Source: a virus
Taxonomy: Duplodnaviria; Caudoviricetes
Virus record (IMG/VR): IMGVR_UViG_3300043478_000062
Span: 1 to 47,018 of that record
DNA: 47,018 bases
Strand: one strand, 5' to 3'
In this document: piece by piece, positions 9,824 to 18,407 of the stretch
Layout: the number at the start of each line of letters is the position of its first letter
Position numbering within the stretch: the first letter of the stretch is position 1
Position numbers and translations under genes: made by a program
The notes under the pieces: model-generated
Told to the model about the DNA's origin: nothing
Database searches by the model: none
Seen by the model: only the letters and a program-made list of their open reading frames with translations

Positions 9824-10651
9824 TCAGCTCTTCAGGCGCGCTTCAAAGAGATCCACGACCTTCGCCGCAAGGGCGTCGAGGTCGACGCCGCCCACGGCGA
9901 GCCTGTCCAGTTTGGCGTTCGCCTCGACGGCGGACGCCAGGGCCGCCCCGGCCTTCTGGTTGGCGAAGGCGATCCACTCGCCGACGGTGGCCGTCTGCGA
10001 GTCCGGGTTGTAGGCGCTCTTCGGGAGCGTGAACTTGTCGGTCAGTTCCATTTCTGCCTCCGCGGCGATGAGGCCGGGCCAGGAGCCCGGGTCCTGATGG
10101 TCATTCTCGGGCACCTGAGAGTGCCCGTACCAGCCGCCATGCGTCTCCCACACGCTCTCCGAGCGGTTGGAGTCGAAGTTCACCGGCCTGCCCATCGGCC
10201 AGACATCCGGCACGCCCCAGGACTTGATCCAGGCGTGCAGCTCGGGCCAGCCCTTGCAGGGCGTATCCGTCAGGTGCTCATACGCCTTGCCGGCCACCAC
10301 GCACCACGGGAAGAACAGCGCCTCGATCTGGATGACGACCTTCCCGGCCCGGTTGGTCCGGGTCCCGCCCGGCAGGTCCACCACGCTCTTACTGCGCGAA
10401 GTGGCCGGGTAGAACTGCGCGAAGCGCCCCGTAAACGGGTCCCACAGGACATGCGGCGCCACCGGGGCGCCACCGGCCGAGAAGTAGCTCCGCAGGCTCT
10501 CAAAAGGCACCAGGGCCTGCGGCTTGGCCTTCGTGGCGTTGCGATCCCAGGTTATGTGCATGATCGCCTTGGGAGGATATTGCTGGTCAGTGGGGGCGAT
10601 GTCGCTCAACGGCAGGCGCTGCGCGCCCGGCAGCCACGGGTCGGCCATCAC
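9824..10651 (-). CDS. endolysin, N-acetylmuramoyl-L-alanine amidase type
   Basis: Zn-amidase-like motifs IMHITW...QIE...WYGHSQVPENDHQDPG; coiled-coil-like C-terminus. Confidence 0.85.
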   Translation of the reverse strand: MMADPWLPGAQRLPLSDIAPTDQQYPPKAIMHITWDRNATKAKPQALVPFESLRSYFSAGGAPVAPHVLWDPFTGRFAQFYPATSRSKSVVDLPGGTRTNRAGKVVIQIEALFFPWCVVAGKAYEHLTDTPCKGWPELHAWIKSWGVPDVWPMGRPVNFDSNRSESVWETHGGWYGHSQVPENDHQDPGSWPGLIAAEAEMELTDKFTLPKSAYNPDSQTATVGEWIAFANQKAGAALASAVEANAKLDRLAVGGVDLDALAAKVVDLFEARLKS

Positions 10652-10932
10652 ACACGCTCCGGCCAGTGCCAGGTGCCGCCGGGGTGATTGGCGGCTACGC
10701 CTGCGGGTGCCATCGTCTCGGTCTCCAGCGCTTCGTGGTGCACGCAGCCGCGGTTGAAGAAGAAGCCGGTCGGGTTGAGCACGGCGAGACCGACGATCTC
10801 CTGCCCCTCACCCTTGCTCTTTGGCGCCACCTCCGTGATGACGGCGGCTCGGCACTCCTTGCCGTACTCGCCGCCCGGGGTGCCGTAGCTGACGTAGTGG
10901 ACGATGTGGCCCACGCTGGGCGTCTGTCCCAT
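10648..10932 (-). CDS. conserved actinophage hypothetical protein (94 aa)
   Basis: PSVGHIVHYV...CRAAVITEV...GTWHWPER pattern familiar from actinophage small proteins. Confidence 0.75.
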   Translation of the reverse strand: MGQTPSVGHIVHYVSYGTPGGEYGKECRAAVITEVAPKSKGEGQEIVGLAVLNPTGFFFNRGCVHHEALETETMAPAGVAANHPGGTWHWPERV

Positions 10933-10944
10933 GCCGTCCCCTTG

Positions 10945-13860
10945 TTAGTTCGGCCCGGAGAAGCCGTTCAGGCTTCCGTCCCAGGCGTTCACGGCGCCCT
11001 GCTGGAGCGCCATCTCGATATCCACGACCATCTGGCCCTCACGGTCCCGCTGGGACATGAACTCGCTGGCCTCGGAGTGCCAGCCGTCAAGGCCGTCCGC
11101 CATCAGCTCCCGGCAGCGGATCTCCACGAACCACGCGGCCATGACCGTGTCGGTCAGGCCCTTGGTCTCCGGAGTCCAGGCGCACAGCTGCTCCGCGAAG
11201 TTCCGCACCGGCTCGGACTGCGTCTGGGACGGCAGGCGGATCAGGTTCCGCTTCTCCTGCCAGCCGTCGAACAGCGTGGCCATCGAGGCCACGCCGAAAT
11301 CGGAATCCCACTTCTTCGCGTCGGTGGTGTGCGGGCCGATGAGCACGCCGCGGGCGTTCATGAAGTCCCGGATCAGGCGTTCCTGGACGATGGACGCCTG
11401 GTAGGCGTTCTTCTCGATCCGCCATTCCGAGACGCCGTAGCGCTCGGTGATACGGAACATCTCCTCCCGCAGCAGATGCGGCGGGAGCGCCTTCTTGTTC
11501 AGGACCTCCAGCACCCACCGCACCTTGGTCTGGCGGTCAAGACCCCAGACCTGGATGGCGGTATACCCGGCGGCGGCCGGGTCCAGACCGGCAATGACGG
11601 TCAGGCCCTCCATGCCGTACGGACGGTGGTCGGCCTGGCCCGGCATCAGCCGGCCGGGATAGCGGGCCCGGTCCACACAGCCCTGCACGTCCTCCTGCCT
11701 GAACGTGGAGTCGTCCGCCACCTGGTCCTGCATGTAGACCATGGACCAGTTCCGCGCCCGCATCTTGCGGCGCTTCCTGGCCAGGGCCTGCCCGTGCCAC
11801 ATCGGCCACATGCCCTCGCGGGGCCAGCCGCCGGCCTCGGCGATCTTGCGGCCCTTGATGGTCACCGGAGGCCGGTTGGTGACCGGCCACAGGGTTTTCC
11901 AGTCCTTCGGGTCGTCCGCGTACTCCAGCACTGCCGGCTGGGTCAGGTACGTCCAGGGAGACTCGCCGTCCACGTAGTACGAGGGCTTGAGGATCTCCGA
12001 ATACAGGTCCACCGTTTCCAGGCGGGTCCCGACCAGCAGCATGCGGCCCCCCGCGTCCGCGACGCGGGAGCCGACCTGGTTCTGGATCCAGTTGATCTGG
12101 CTGTCGTACTGCTGGTGGTTGGTGTGGTCTATGCAGTCGTCCATGATGGCCAGGTCGGTACGCGTGCCGTAGATGTGGCCGCCGATGCCGACGGCCTGCA
12201 CCGTGTAGGCGTGCTCCCCGGAGTCCGCGCCGTTGACGCGGATCTTCTCGGCGGCCCAGATGGCGTTCTCCGCCCAGCCGCCGATCGGGCCGAAGTCCCG
12301 CTGGAGATCCGCGTACCGCTCGTTCTCACTCAGGCGGTCCTTGATCGCCATCAGGAACCGCTTGGCCATGTCCTGGGTCTTGGAGATCAGCAGGATACGG
12401 ACGTTCGGATCCTGCACGATGCGCCACGTCACATAGTTGACCGTGAGGGTCGTGGACTTCCCGTTGCGGGTGCTGATCAGCGAGTCACCGACCAGATAGG
12501 TGTTGTCGTCCGACAGGACCGTCAGGCAGCGCACGCGGCCCTCTCCCGCGGGCTCGACGTTCTGGATCGCCAGGAAGTCGGTCCGGCGACTGCGCGCCCG
12601 GGTGAACTGGCGGCACGCTTTGCGTTCGAGCCTGAAGACTGAAGTCTCTGCGTCCGGCTTGAAGCTGATCTCCGTAACGCCGCTGTACGTCTTCATCCGC
12701 GGCTGGAACCCCAGCGATGCAACCAGGCGGAAGACCTGTCGGTTCAGCTCCACACGTCCGGCGTCCTGGCAGAAGCGGGCCCTGCCGTCCTTCGCCGTGA
12801 TCGTGCCGTCCGCATCCATCAGGCCACGCAGCAGCTCGAGCCGCTGCTCAATCGACGCAATTTCGTACGCGGCCGGTATGCGCTTGCAGTCCATCACCTC
12901 GAGCTTGCGCAGCGCGGTGCGCAGCCCGGCCGGATAGAGCGTGGCGTACGTGCCCCGTTCGTCTGTCGAGGTAACCGGATAACCCGCCTGTCCGAGGGCC
13001 TGCTCGAGGTTCGGACGGTCCTCGCTCGAGCAGGCAAAGCGGCTCCCGCCGGTCTCGCCGTCACCGAGCCAGTAGCCGAAGACATACGGATCGATCGGCA
13101 AGTCTACTGGCTTGCCCTCGAGCGGCGCCGCCTGGCGCACTCTCCACTTGAGCTGACCCGAGGGCGAACGGAGGTCGGCCATCAGTTCCGCCGTGGTCAT
13201 CTGCTTCTCGGGATGCCGCGCAGAGCGCTGCACGTTCCACTTGTGTGCCGCGTCGGTAGTCACCGAAGACCCGTTGCCGAACGTCACCCGAAAGACCGGG
13301 ACTTCGTCGTCCGGCTCCCATGTCCGCAGGATCGGGTACCAGCGCCCGTTCCGGTGTGGCAGCAGGTCGTCGTCGGTGACCTCTCCGATGGTCTTCCAGC
13401 CATCGGCGGTCAGAACCGGCGTGTCCACGGCCGGGCAGTGCTCGGGCGGGGTGTTCACCAGGAGCTGGTCCGCGTCCCCGCGCACGAAGCGCTGGGAGCT
13501 GTGCAGATCACGGGGCTCCCGCCCCTCCAGCAGGTCGTACCACTGGAGGTGGTGCCAGAACATTTTCGTGTCCAGGTACTTCTCGCAGAACTCCGGGAAG
13601 TCCGGGACTTCCTTGGACCCCGCGTCGTACCCCTGCGCGCGCTCGGTGAGCGCGGCCTCCGCCAGCCGGCGGAACTCGGGATCCTGGGCCTTGTAGTACG
13701 CGAAGGTGCTCGTGCCGCGCTCAGCGGCCTCACAGGCCCGCTTGACGGTCAGTCCGGACCTGATCCCGGCCAGCATCACGTCCTTGGCGTTCCGGGACGA
13801 CTTCACCGTACGGCGGCGGTCCCTGGAGTTCGTGGACCCGCCCACGATCTTGACTACCAC
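10945..13860 (-). CDS. terL: terminase large subunit with N-terminal TerS-like HTH and an intein (971 aa precursor, about 646 aa if spliced)
   Basis: Walker A PPEH|GKST split by an insertion; Walker B AIMDD; nuclease motifs IAGLDPA and TDTVMAAW. Confidence 0.93.
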   Translation of the reverse strand: MVVKIVGGSTNSRDRRRTVKSSRNAKDVMLAGIRSGLTVKRACEAAERGTSTFAYYKAQDPEFRRLAEAALTERAQGYDAGSKEVPDFPEFCEKYLDTKMFWHHLQWYDLLEGREPRDLHSSQRFVRGDADQLLVNTPPEHCPAVDTPVLTADGWKTIGEVTDDDLLPHRNGRWYPILRTWEPDDEVPVFRVTFGNGSSVTTDAAHKWNVQRSARHPEKQMTTAELMADLRSPSGQLKWRVRQAAPLEGKPVDLPIDPYVFGYWLGDGETGGSRFACSSEDRPNLEQALGQAGYPVTSTDERGTYATLYPAGLRTALRKLEVMDCKRIPAAYEIASIEQRLELLRGLMDADGTITAKDGRARFCQDAGRVELNRQVFRLVASLGFQPRMKTYSGVTEISFKPDAETSVFRLERKACRQFTRARSRRTDFLAIQNVEPAGEGRVRCLTVLSDDNTYLVGDSLISTRNGKSTTLTVNYVTWRIVQDPNVRILLISKTQDMAKRFLMAIKDRLSENERYADLQRDFGPIGGWAENAIWAAEKIRVNGADSGEHAYTVQAVGIGGHIYGTRTDLAIMDDCIDHTNHQQYDSQINWIQNQVGSRVADAGGRMLLVGTRLETVDLYSEILKPSYYVDGESPWTYLTQPAVLEYADDPKDWKTLWPVTNRPPVTIKGRKIAEAGGWPREGMWPMWHGQALARKRRKMRARNWSMVYMQDQVADDSTFRQEDVQGCVDRARYPGRLMPGQADHRPYGMEGLTVIAGLDPAAAGYTAIQVWGLDRQTKVRWVLEVLNKKALPPHLLREEMFRITERYGVSEWRIEKNAYQASIVQERLIRDFMNARGVLIGPHTTDAKKWDSDFGVASMATLFDGWQEKRNLIRLPSQTQSEPVRNFAEQLCAWTPETKGLTDTVMAAWFVEIRCRELMADGLDGWHSEASEFMSQRDREGQMVVDIEMALQQGAVNAWDGSLNGFSGPN
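12463..13437 (-). mobile_element. intein with LAGLIDADG homing endonuclease (325 aa, C142-N466)
   Basis: Block A CPAVDTPVLTADGW; block B TTDAAHKW; blocks C/E FGYWLGDG and LRGLMDADG; block F/G VRCLTV...LISTRN. Confidence 0.92.
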
Positions 13861-13875
13861 TGCACCCCCTGGACT

Positions 13876-13895
13876 GCTAGCGATTTTATGCTAGC
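13876..13895. promoter_or_regulatory. GCTAGC-N8-GCTAGC palindromic operator straddling a minus-strand TAAAAT -10-like box before terL
   Basis: Inverted repeat GACTGCTAGC/GCTAGCAGTC; same motif at 43723 and 32097. Confidence 0.6.
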
Positions 13896-13932
13896 AGTCT
13901 ACGCTGAGGGACGACCCGGGAAGGGAGTCGCA

Positions 13933-14160
13933 GTGAAGGCCAAATTCGCCGGCAGCAGGTGCCCGCTCTGCCTCGGCGCAGTTGCCGTAGGCAGCGAGAT
14001 CGAGAAATTCATGGGGCGATGGGTGCACATCGCCTGCACGTCCGCCGAAGGGCGGACCTCGGTTCCCAGAGACTGGAAGTGGCGTGGAATTCGGATTCCG
14101 CAGGGCGGAAACCCCCAGACCGACCGCGGGAAAACTCGCGGCGGCCGCGGCGTGGCGTAG
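13933..14160 (+). CDS. small zinc-binding-like protein (75 aa, MKAKFAGSRCPLC...WVHIAC)
   Basis: GTG with AAGGGAG RBS; CxxC...HxxC; divergent from terL. Confidence 0.7.
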   Translation: MKAKFAGSRCPLCLGAVAVGSEIEKFMGRWVHIACTSAEGRTSVPRDWKWRGIRIPQGGNPQTDRGKTRGGRGVA

Positions 14161-15460
14161 GGGAGTTACCGGCGGTAACACCGGATAGACTGACTCCTGC
14201 CGGGTGAGCACGCTCCCCGGTCGCCGCCCCAGGAGGGCGACGTAGGCCGTCAGAGGGCGCCGCGTACGTGTGCCCGGGTTCAGCCGGGCCATCCACGAGC
14301 ACAGGGCGTCCGAAGGCAGGAGCGCCGTGGCGGACAGCAGTAAAGACCCTGTGTGCAGAGACCGCGCTATCCAGAAGTAATGCCCTGGATTCCCCCGAGC
14401 CAGGGGTCCCCATGCCCGCGCCGGCGCGCGGGACAGGGGCGCCCGGAGGCGCCCGGATATGACGGCCCCCCAGGGGCCGCACGGAATAGCGGCCAAGCCG
14501 CTGGAGGGTCTGGGCCACACCCTTAGGGGTGGACCAGTCCAGTCCAGGACCCGGGGGTTTAGCATCCCCGGGTCAAGATCGCGCCCATATGGGCGCTCAT
14601 ACGTACAGGGGAGCATGATCCCGCTCATACGAGCGGGATGTAAGGGGTCCTGGACTGGAGCGGGAGCGACAGCCAGGCCCAGCCCTGCACGTAGGTGCAG
14701 GTCAGAGCCCTGTCGCCCATAGTGTGTGCCCGGTAGGGGCACACACACGGGATGACCACACCAGTGGTCATCAGGTGAGCCTGCCCCTGACGGGCAGGCT
14801 CCTGGGGCATATGGATCATGTGCACACCACCGCCGCAGAGCGGTGGGCGTGCACCAGCTGGTCGGTGTGCAGGGCACACCTCCCGCCGTGTGTGCCTGCG
14901 GCACACCAGTGGCGAGCCTGACGGCTCGCCCAGGGGGGGGGATCGCTTGAGCGATCACCTCCCGGCTCAGGGAGCCAGCCCGGGAGGCTGGCATCCCTTT
15001 TCGCCGCAGGCTGTACCGCCAGCCCCTTGAGGGGCGTCGGCGGAAGGGGTGTCCCGGGGTCGGCTGGTGCCGACCCCTCTGCGCGTACGCGCGCGCGTGC
15101 GAGGCACTCGCGGCCCCGCCGCGCCCCGGCCCGCCAGAGGTTCCGGTGACCCCCGAACGCGTTCCGGAGCCCGGGCCGGGGGTCTGTATGACATACAGCC
15201 CCTCGCCCTCGGCTCGTGGACCCCGGTGGCGGGATCCTCTTCCCGCATGCGCGGGAGGGCTCCTGAGGGGCTCTCAGCCCCCTGCGGGGCAGGGGCGGGT
15301 GAGCCCAGGGGTTCCCGGCCGTACGGCCGTTGCGCATGTGCAGCCCTGCGAAGATCAAAAGCGTCAGAGATCTCGGAGGCTCTGCCCGGTCCGGGACGGC
15401 ACTTCCGTCCTGGTGCTTCACACACCCATGCGTGAACTCCCTGCTCAGGACAGGGCAGTT
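14161..15460. other. non-coding block densely packed with hairpins (structured RNA or genome-end/origin region)
   Basis: Many back-to-back 7-10 bp perfect stems plus a 15-bp long-range stem (14538-14552/14645-14659); no convincing ORF. Confidence 0.55.
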
Positions 15461-15514
15461 CATCTGGTGTTCATGATCACTTTCAACTTTGCCAACCCTT
15501 TACGTGTGTGCCCC

Positions 15515-15543
15515 TTGTCCGACAGATCGGATGCTGGCAGAGT
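15515..15543 (+). promoter_or_regulatory. putative early promoter TTGTCC-N17-CAGAGT with a TCCGA-N4-TCGGA operator overlapping the -35/spacer
   Basis: Resembles the HrdB-type consensus; AT-rich upstream; same palindrome at 21936-21949. Confidence 0.5.
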
Positions 15544-15741
15544 CGTGATTGCAGCAAGGGGAACCCCGCAAGGGGGGAGCCGAGCGGACAACTTCAGAGC
15601 ATGGGCCCGTTGGACCGGCAGCCGCCGACACGTCACGGGTAGGGCGTCAGGACATGGCGCGGGGGAGCGATCCCCGGGGGTTGACCCCGGATGCGCGACG
15701 AACCCCGTGGGCACAGGTGACGCTTGCAGGGCCACAGAGCC

Positions 15742-15823
15742 CTGCGAAACGACGTACAGGGCCCTTCACGGGCCCTGTCTCGTCAAGTGCGCCGCGCGGC
15801 ATCGCGGCGTGCCTGATGAGCAG
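15742..15823 (+). ncRNA. candidate type II hammerhead ribozyme (variant with an AA insertion after the GUC site)
   Basis: Stem II CTGC/GCAG, GAAA, stem III ACGA/TCGT, GTC triplet at 15782-15784, 10-bp stem I, CTGATGA at 15813-15819. Confidence 0.45.
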
Positions 15824-15848
15824 TCATGACCCAGAGGAGAGCTGGAAC

Positions 15849-16061
15849 ATGAACACAAGCATGAGCATGAACGGCGTCACCGCCGAGGAGATCACCGAGG
15901 CGTGTAACTGGATCGCGGACGCCTACCCCCAGAGCCCGTACGACATGAGCGACGAACACCCCGTATACAGCGAGACGGCGGAGCGCGTGCAGCGCTTCGT
16001 GGACCGCCGGTACCCGGGCGGCTGGTACGGGTTCGTCTCGGACTGCTGCACCTACGCGTAG
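15849..16061 (+). CDS. first early protein (70 aa)
   Basis: GAGGAG RBS; 3' part of track ORF 15549..16061. Confidence 0.7.
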   Translation: MNTSMSMNGVTAEEITEACNWIADAYPQSPYDMSDEHPVYSETAERVQRFVDRRYPGGWYGFVSDCCTYA

Positions 16062-16125
16062 CACGGCCCGCAGAGCGGTCGGGCGTACGGCTTCACTCCG
16101 TACGCCCCATCAGTCCTGCGGACTG
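16062..16125 (+). repeat. post-stop structured element E
   Basis: Inner stem GGGCGTACGG/CCGTACGCCC; outer stem CCGCAG/CTGCGG. Confidence 0.55.
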
Positions 16126-16174
16126 GCCGAGAGCGGCATCTCTCGGCATCACATGAGCAGTGGAGGGGCTGACC

Positions 16175-16369
16175 ATGGCGCTTGAATGGCGTGAAGAGAC
16201 CTGCGAGGACTGCGGCGCGGAGCGCGAACGCAGTTGGTCGGTACGGGAGATTGCGAAGGGTCTCCCCGTCCCGAAGGGCTACCGCGTGGAACACCGCGGC
16301 GCCTCATGGAAGCGCGCCGCGGCGCCCACGACGACGACGACCCTGTGCCTGTGCGACACGGCGGAGTGA
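16175..16369 (+). CDS. early zinc-ribbon-like protein (64 aa)
   Basis: GGAGG RBS; CEDC and CLCD motifs. Confidence 0.65.
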   Translation: MALEWREETCEDCGAERERSWSVREIAKGLPVPKGYRVEHRGASWKRAAAPTTTTTLCLCDTAE

Positions 16370-16371
16370 GC

Positions 16372-16944
16372 ATGAGTCAAGCCATCAAGCTCCGCACGCC
16401 ACTGCCCCCGGGAGTCCTTCCTGTGCTTGCCCGCTCCGTGCGGGCGGGCGACCGGGTGATAGGTGACGTCGCACCGGACGGCACCGTGGACCTCCTGGAG
16501 GACCCGTACGACGCTGCCCCGGAGCCGTACAACCCGCAGTGCGGGTGCTTCGGCTGCGAGCCGGTCACCGGCCCCTGGCCGCACGTTGTGCTCACGGGAG
16601 GCTTTCCCTGGGATGTGCACGACGTGTGGGGGGCAAACGACTCCGCCCTGATCGTGCCCGTGGCCCGGTTCGACGTACGGCTCACCGAGTCGCTCATGGT
16701 CCACGTGTCGGGCGGCGGCACCTATCAGGGTGACGAGAGCCCGGAGATCGGTGCCGAGCTGAGGGCTCTCAGCTGGCACCCCGGCAGGGGTGCTTCGGGC
16801 ACGGTTTCCAGGGAAGCGCTCGACTCCCTTGCCGGGTGCATCGAGCCCCTGCTCGACTGCGGCGAGTCCTGGGAGATCCGGACGGCGCGAGCATTTCTGC
16901 GCAGGTACGGGGATCTCGCATCCCTCCGGATCATGCACGTCTGA
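16372..16944 (+). CDS. early hypothetical protein (about 190 aa)
   Basis: Follows the upstream gene closely; GC3-biased codon usage. Confidence 0.7.
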   Translation: MSQAIKLRTPLPPGVLPVLARSVRAGDRVIGDVAPDGTVDLLEDPYDAAPEPYNPQCGCFGCEPVTGPWPHVVLTGGFPWDVHDVWGANDSALIVPVARFDVRLTESLMVHVSGGGTYQGDESPEIGAELRALSWHPGRGASGTVSREALDSLAGCIEPLLDCGESWEIRTARAFLRRYGDLASLRIMHV

Positions 16945-16996
16945 CCCTGTGCGGCCATCGGGTGCCCACGCTGTGGGCACCCCCTTGGTTCTACAG
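16945..16996 (+). repeat. post-stop structured element A
   Basis: CTGT/ACAG, CCA/TGG, TC/CCT internal loop, GGGTGCCCAC/GTGGGCACCC. Confidence 0.65.
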
Positions 16997-17025
16997 TCCA
17001 CATGAGCGATAAGAGAGGATCGATC

Positions 17026-17307
17026 ATGAGCTACATCGTTCTGCACAACGAGAACACCCACGAGGACTTCCGGTACGACGTACCGACTCGCGAAGCGCAA
17101 GCACTTGCCGACCTGGAGGTCACGCCGCAGAGCGGCTACACGTCCTGCGCGTGCCGCGACTGCATGGACGTCACCGTGAGCGGTGACACGACCAAGCCGG
17201 AGCTGTGCACGGAGTGCGCGGAGGCGGGATGCGAGATCTTCCCCCAGGGCCTCAGCGACTCCAGCGTTATCTGGGAGTGCCAGTACGACGGCGCGTACGA
17301 GAACTGA
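17026..17307 (+). CDS. early Cys-rich protein (93 aa)
   Basis: GAGAGGA RBS; CACRDC...CTEC...C motifs. Confidence 0.75.
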   Translation: MSYIVLHNENTHEDFRYDVPTREAQALADLEVTPQSGYTSCACRDCMDVTVSGDTTKPELCTECAEAGCEIFPQGLSDSSVIWECQYDGAYEN

Positions 17308-17365
17308 TCCTGCCGGCGCATCGGCATGACCTGCGTAAGGCAGGTCGTGCCCCTTGTGCATGCAG
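17308..17365 (+). repeat. post-stop structured element B
   Basis: CTGC/GCAG, GCGCA/TGTGC, TC/CCT loop, GGCATGACCTGC/GCAGGTCGTGCC. Confidence 0.65.
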
Positions 17366-17467
17366 TGCACAGGTGAGACCCCCTCCTGCGCCCACCCCCG
17401 GCATGGGGTGGTGCGGACGCACGGGGGGGGTCTCTCGATCCCGACAACCTTAGAGAGGAACGGGACC

Positions 17468-17788
17468 ATGGACCAAGCTATCAAGACCCTGCCCCGCGAG
17501 CCGTGGCGCGGTTCGATGATCTGCGGTTGGCAGACCTCGTACGGGATGCCCCGAGACACTTTCTGCGCGCAGCGCAAGGCCGACGACTTGCCCATGTGCG
17601 AGCAGCACTTCATGGACGTCATGGATGAGTACGGGATGCTGCGTATGGCTCCGGGCGTCGCCCTGGGCGCGTCACGCTTGCGCGTCCGGCTCCTGTGGGA
17701 GCCGGAGGACGGGGCCGTGCCCGTGGAGGCCAGCGCCGGGGAGATAGCCCGCTACGCGGGCATCCTGGACCCTGCGAGGGGTGAGTGA
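17468..17788 (+). CDS. early hypothetical protein (106 aa)
   Basis: GAGAGGAA RBS; C...C...CxxH pattern. Confidence 0.7.
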   Translation: MDQAIKTLPREPWRGSMICGWQTSYGMPRDTFCAQRKADDLPMCEQHFMDVMDEYGMLRMAPGVALGASRLRVRLLWEPEDGAVPVEASAGEIARYAGILDPARGE

Positions 17789-18018
17789 TGACATACACGC
17801 TCTTCCGGACGCTGCCCGACGGCAGCGAGCGGTCACAGGGCCCGTTCGCGTCGGTCCGCCTGGCGGCCGTCGCTGCTGGCATGGTGCTCTACGACAACCG
17901 GCACGCCGGTAAGGCGGAGGCGCAGCGCTTCTCCGCCTGTCTGGTACGCAAGGAACTTGGCTCCGAGTGGGCTCACACGGGAAGCGGATACCGCTTCCGC
18001 ATCGGAAAGGCCACCTGA
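17785..18018 (+). CDS. early hypothetical protein (77 aa)
   Basis: GTGA coupling. Confidence 0.7.
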   Translation: MMTYTLFRTLPDGSERSQGPFASVRLAAVAAGMVLYDNRHAGKAEAQRFSACLVRKELGSEWAHTGSGYRFRIGKAT

Positions 18019-18299
18019 TGATCAGAGCCCTGGACATGAAAACGGTCAGCGACGATGGACGGTGGGTCGTCTCCACCGTCGCCCTGGTCGGCTCCGCCCC
18101 ACGGGTCTTCGACACCCCCCTGAACCCCGAGCGAGCGCCCGAAGCCTTCGAGACGATGGTGTTCGAGGCCGGTCCGGACAGTGAGCCGTCCGACTACCGT
18201 GACCACTACCGATGCGGTTACGCGGAGATCACGGAGGCTCGTATCGGCCACGGGATCACGGTGGCCGCACTGAACGCGGGTCAACTGGACATGTACTGA
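18018..18299 (+). CDS. early hypothetical protein (93 aa, FETMVF motif)
   Basis: TGATG coupling; VSTVAL...FETMVF...EARIGH pattern seen in small phage proteins. Confidence 0.72.
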   Translation: MIRALDMKTVSDDGRWVVSTVALVGSAPRVFDTPLNPERAPEAFETMVFEAGPDSEPSDYRDHYRCGYAEITEARIGHGITVAALNAGQLDMY

Positions 18300-18372
18300 C
18301 CCTGCCCCACCAGACCGCCGCAGGTGCCTCCTGCCCCCCTCCGGGGCACCTGCGGTTCCCTGGCCGGACAGG
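18300..18372 (+). repeat. post-stop structured element C
   Basis: Shares TACTGACCCTGCCCC and terminal GGACAG with element D; inner stem CCGCAGGTGCCTC/GGGGCACCTGCGG. Confidence 0.6.
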
Positions 18373-18407
18373 CCGCAGCGGTATGACTCGACAGGAGAAG
18401 ATCGACC

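Noticed and set aside
1532-12642. Long plus-strand ORFs (1033, 771, 658 aa and others) opposite the late genes
   Set aside because: Antisense shadow ORFs expected from high GC3 bias; no recognisable motifs
13891-15829. Track ORFs across the hairpin block (367, 227, 215 aa and others)
   Set aside because: Low-complexity Pro/Arg/Gly translations without RBS or codon bias; only 13933..14160 was kept
17423-17430. G8 run as a phase-variation tract
   Set aside because: Intergenic and paired with GAGACCCCCTCC at 17376-17387 in a stem
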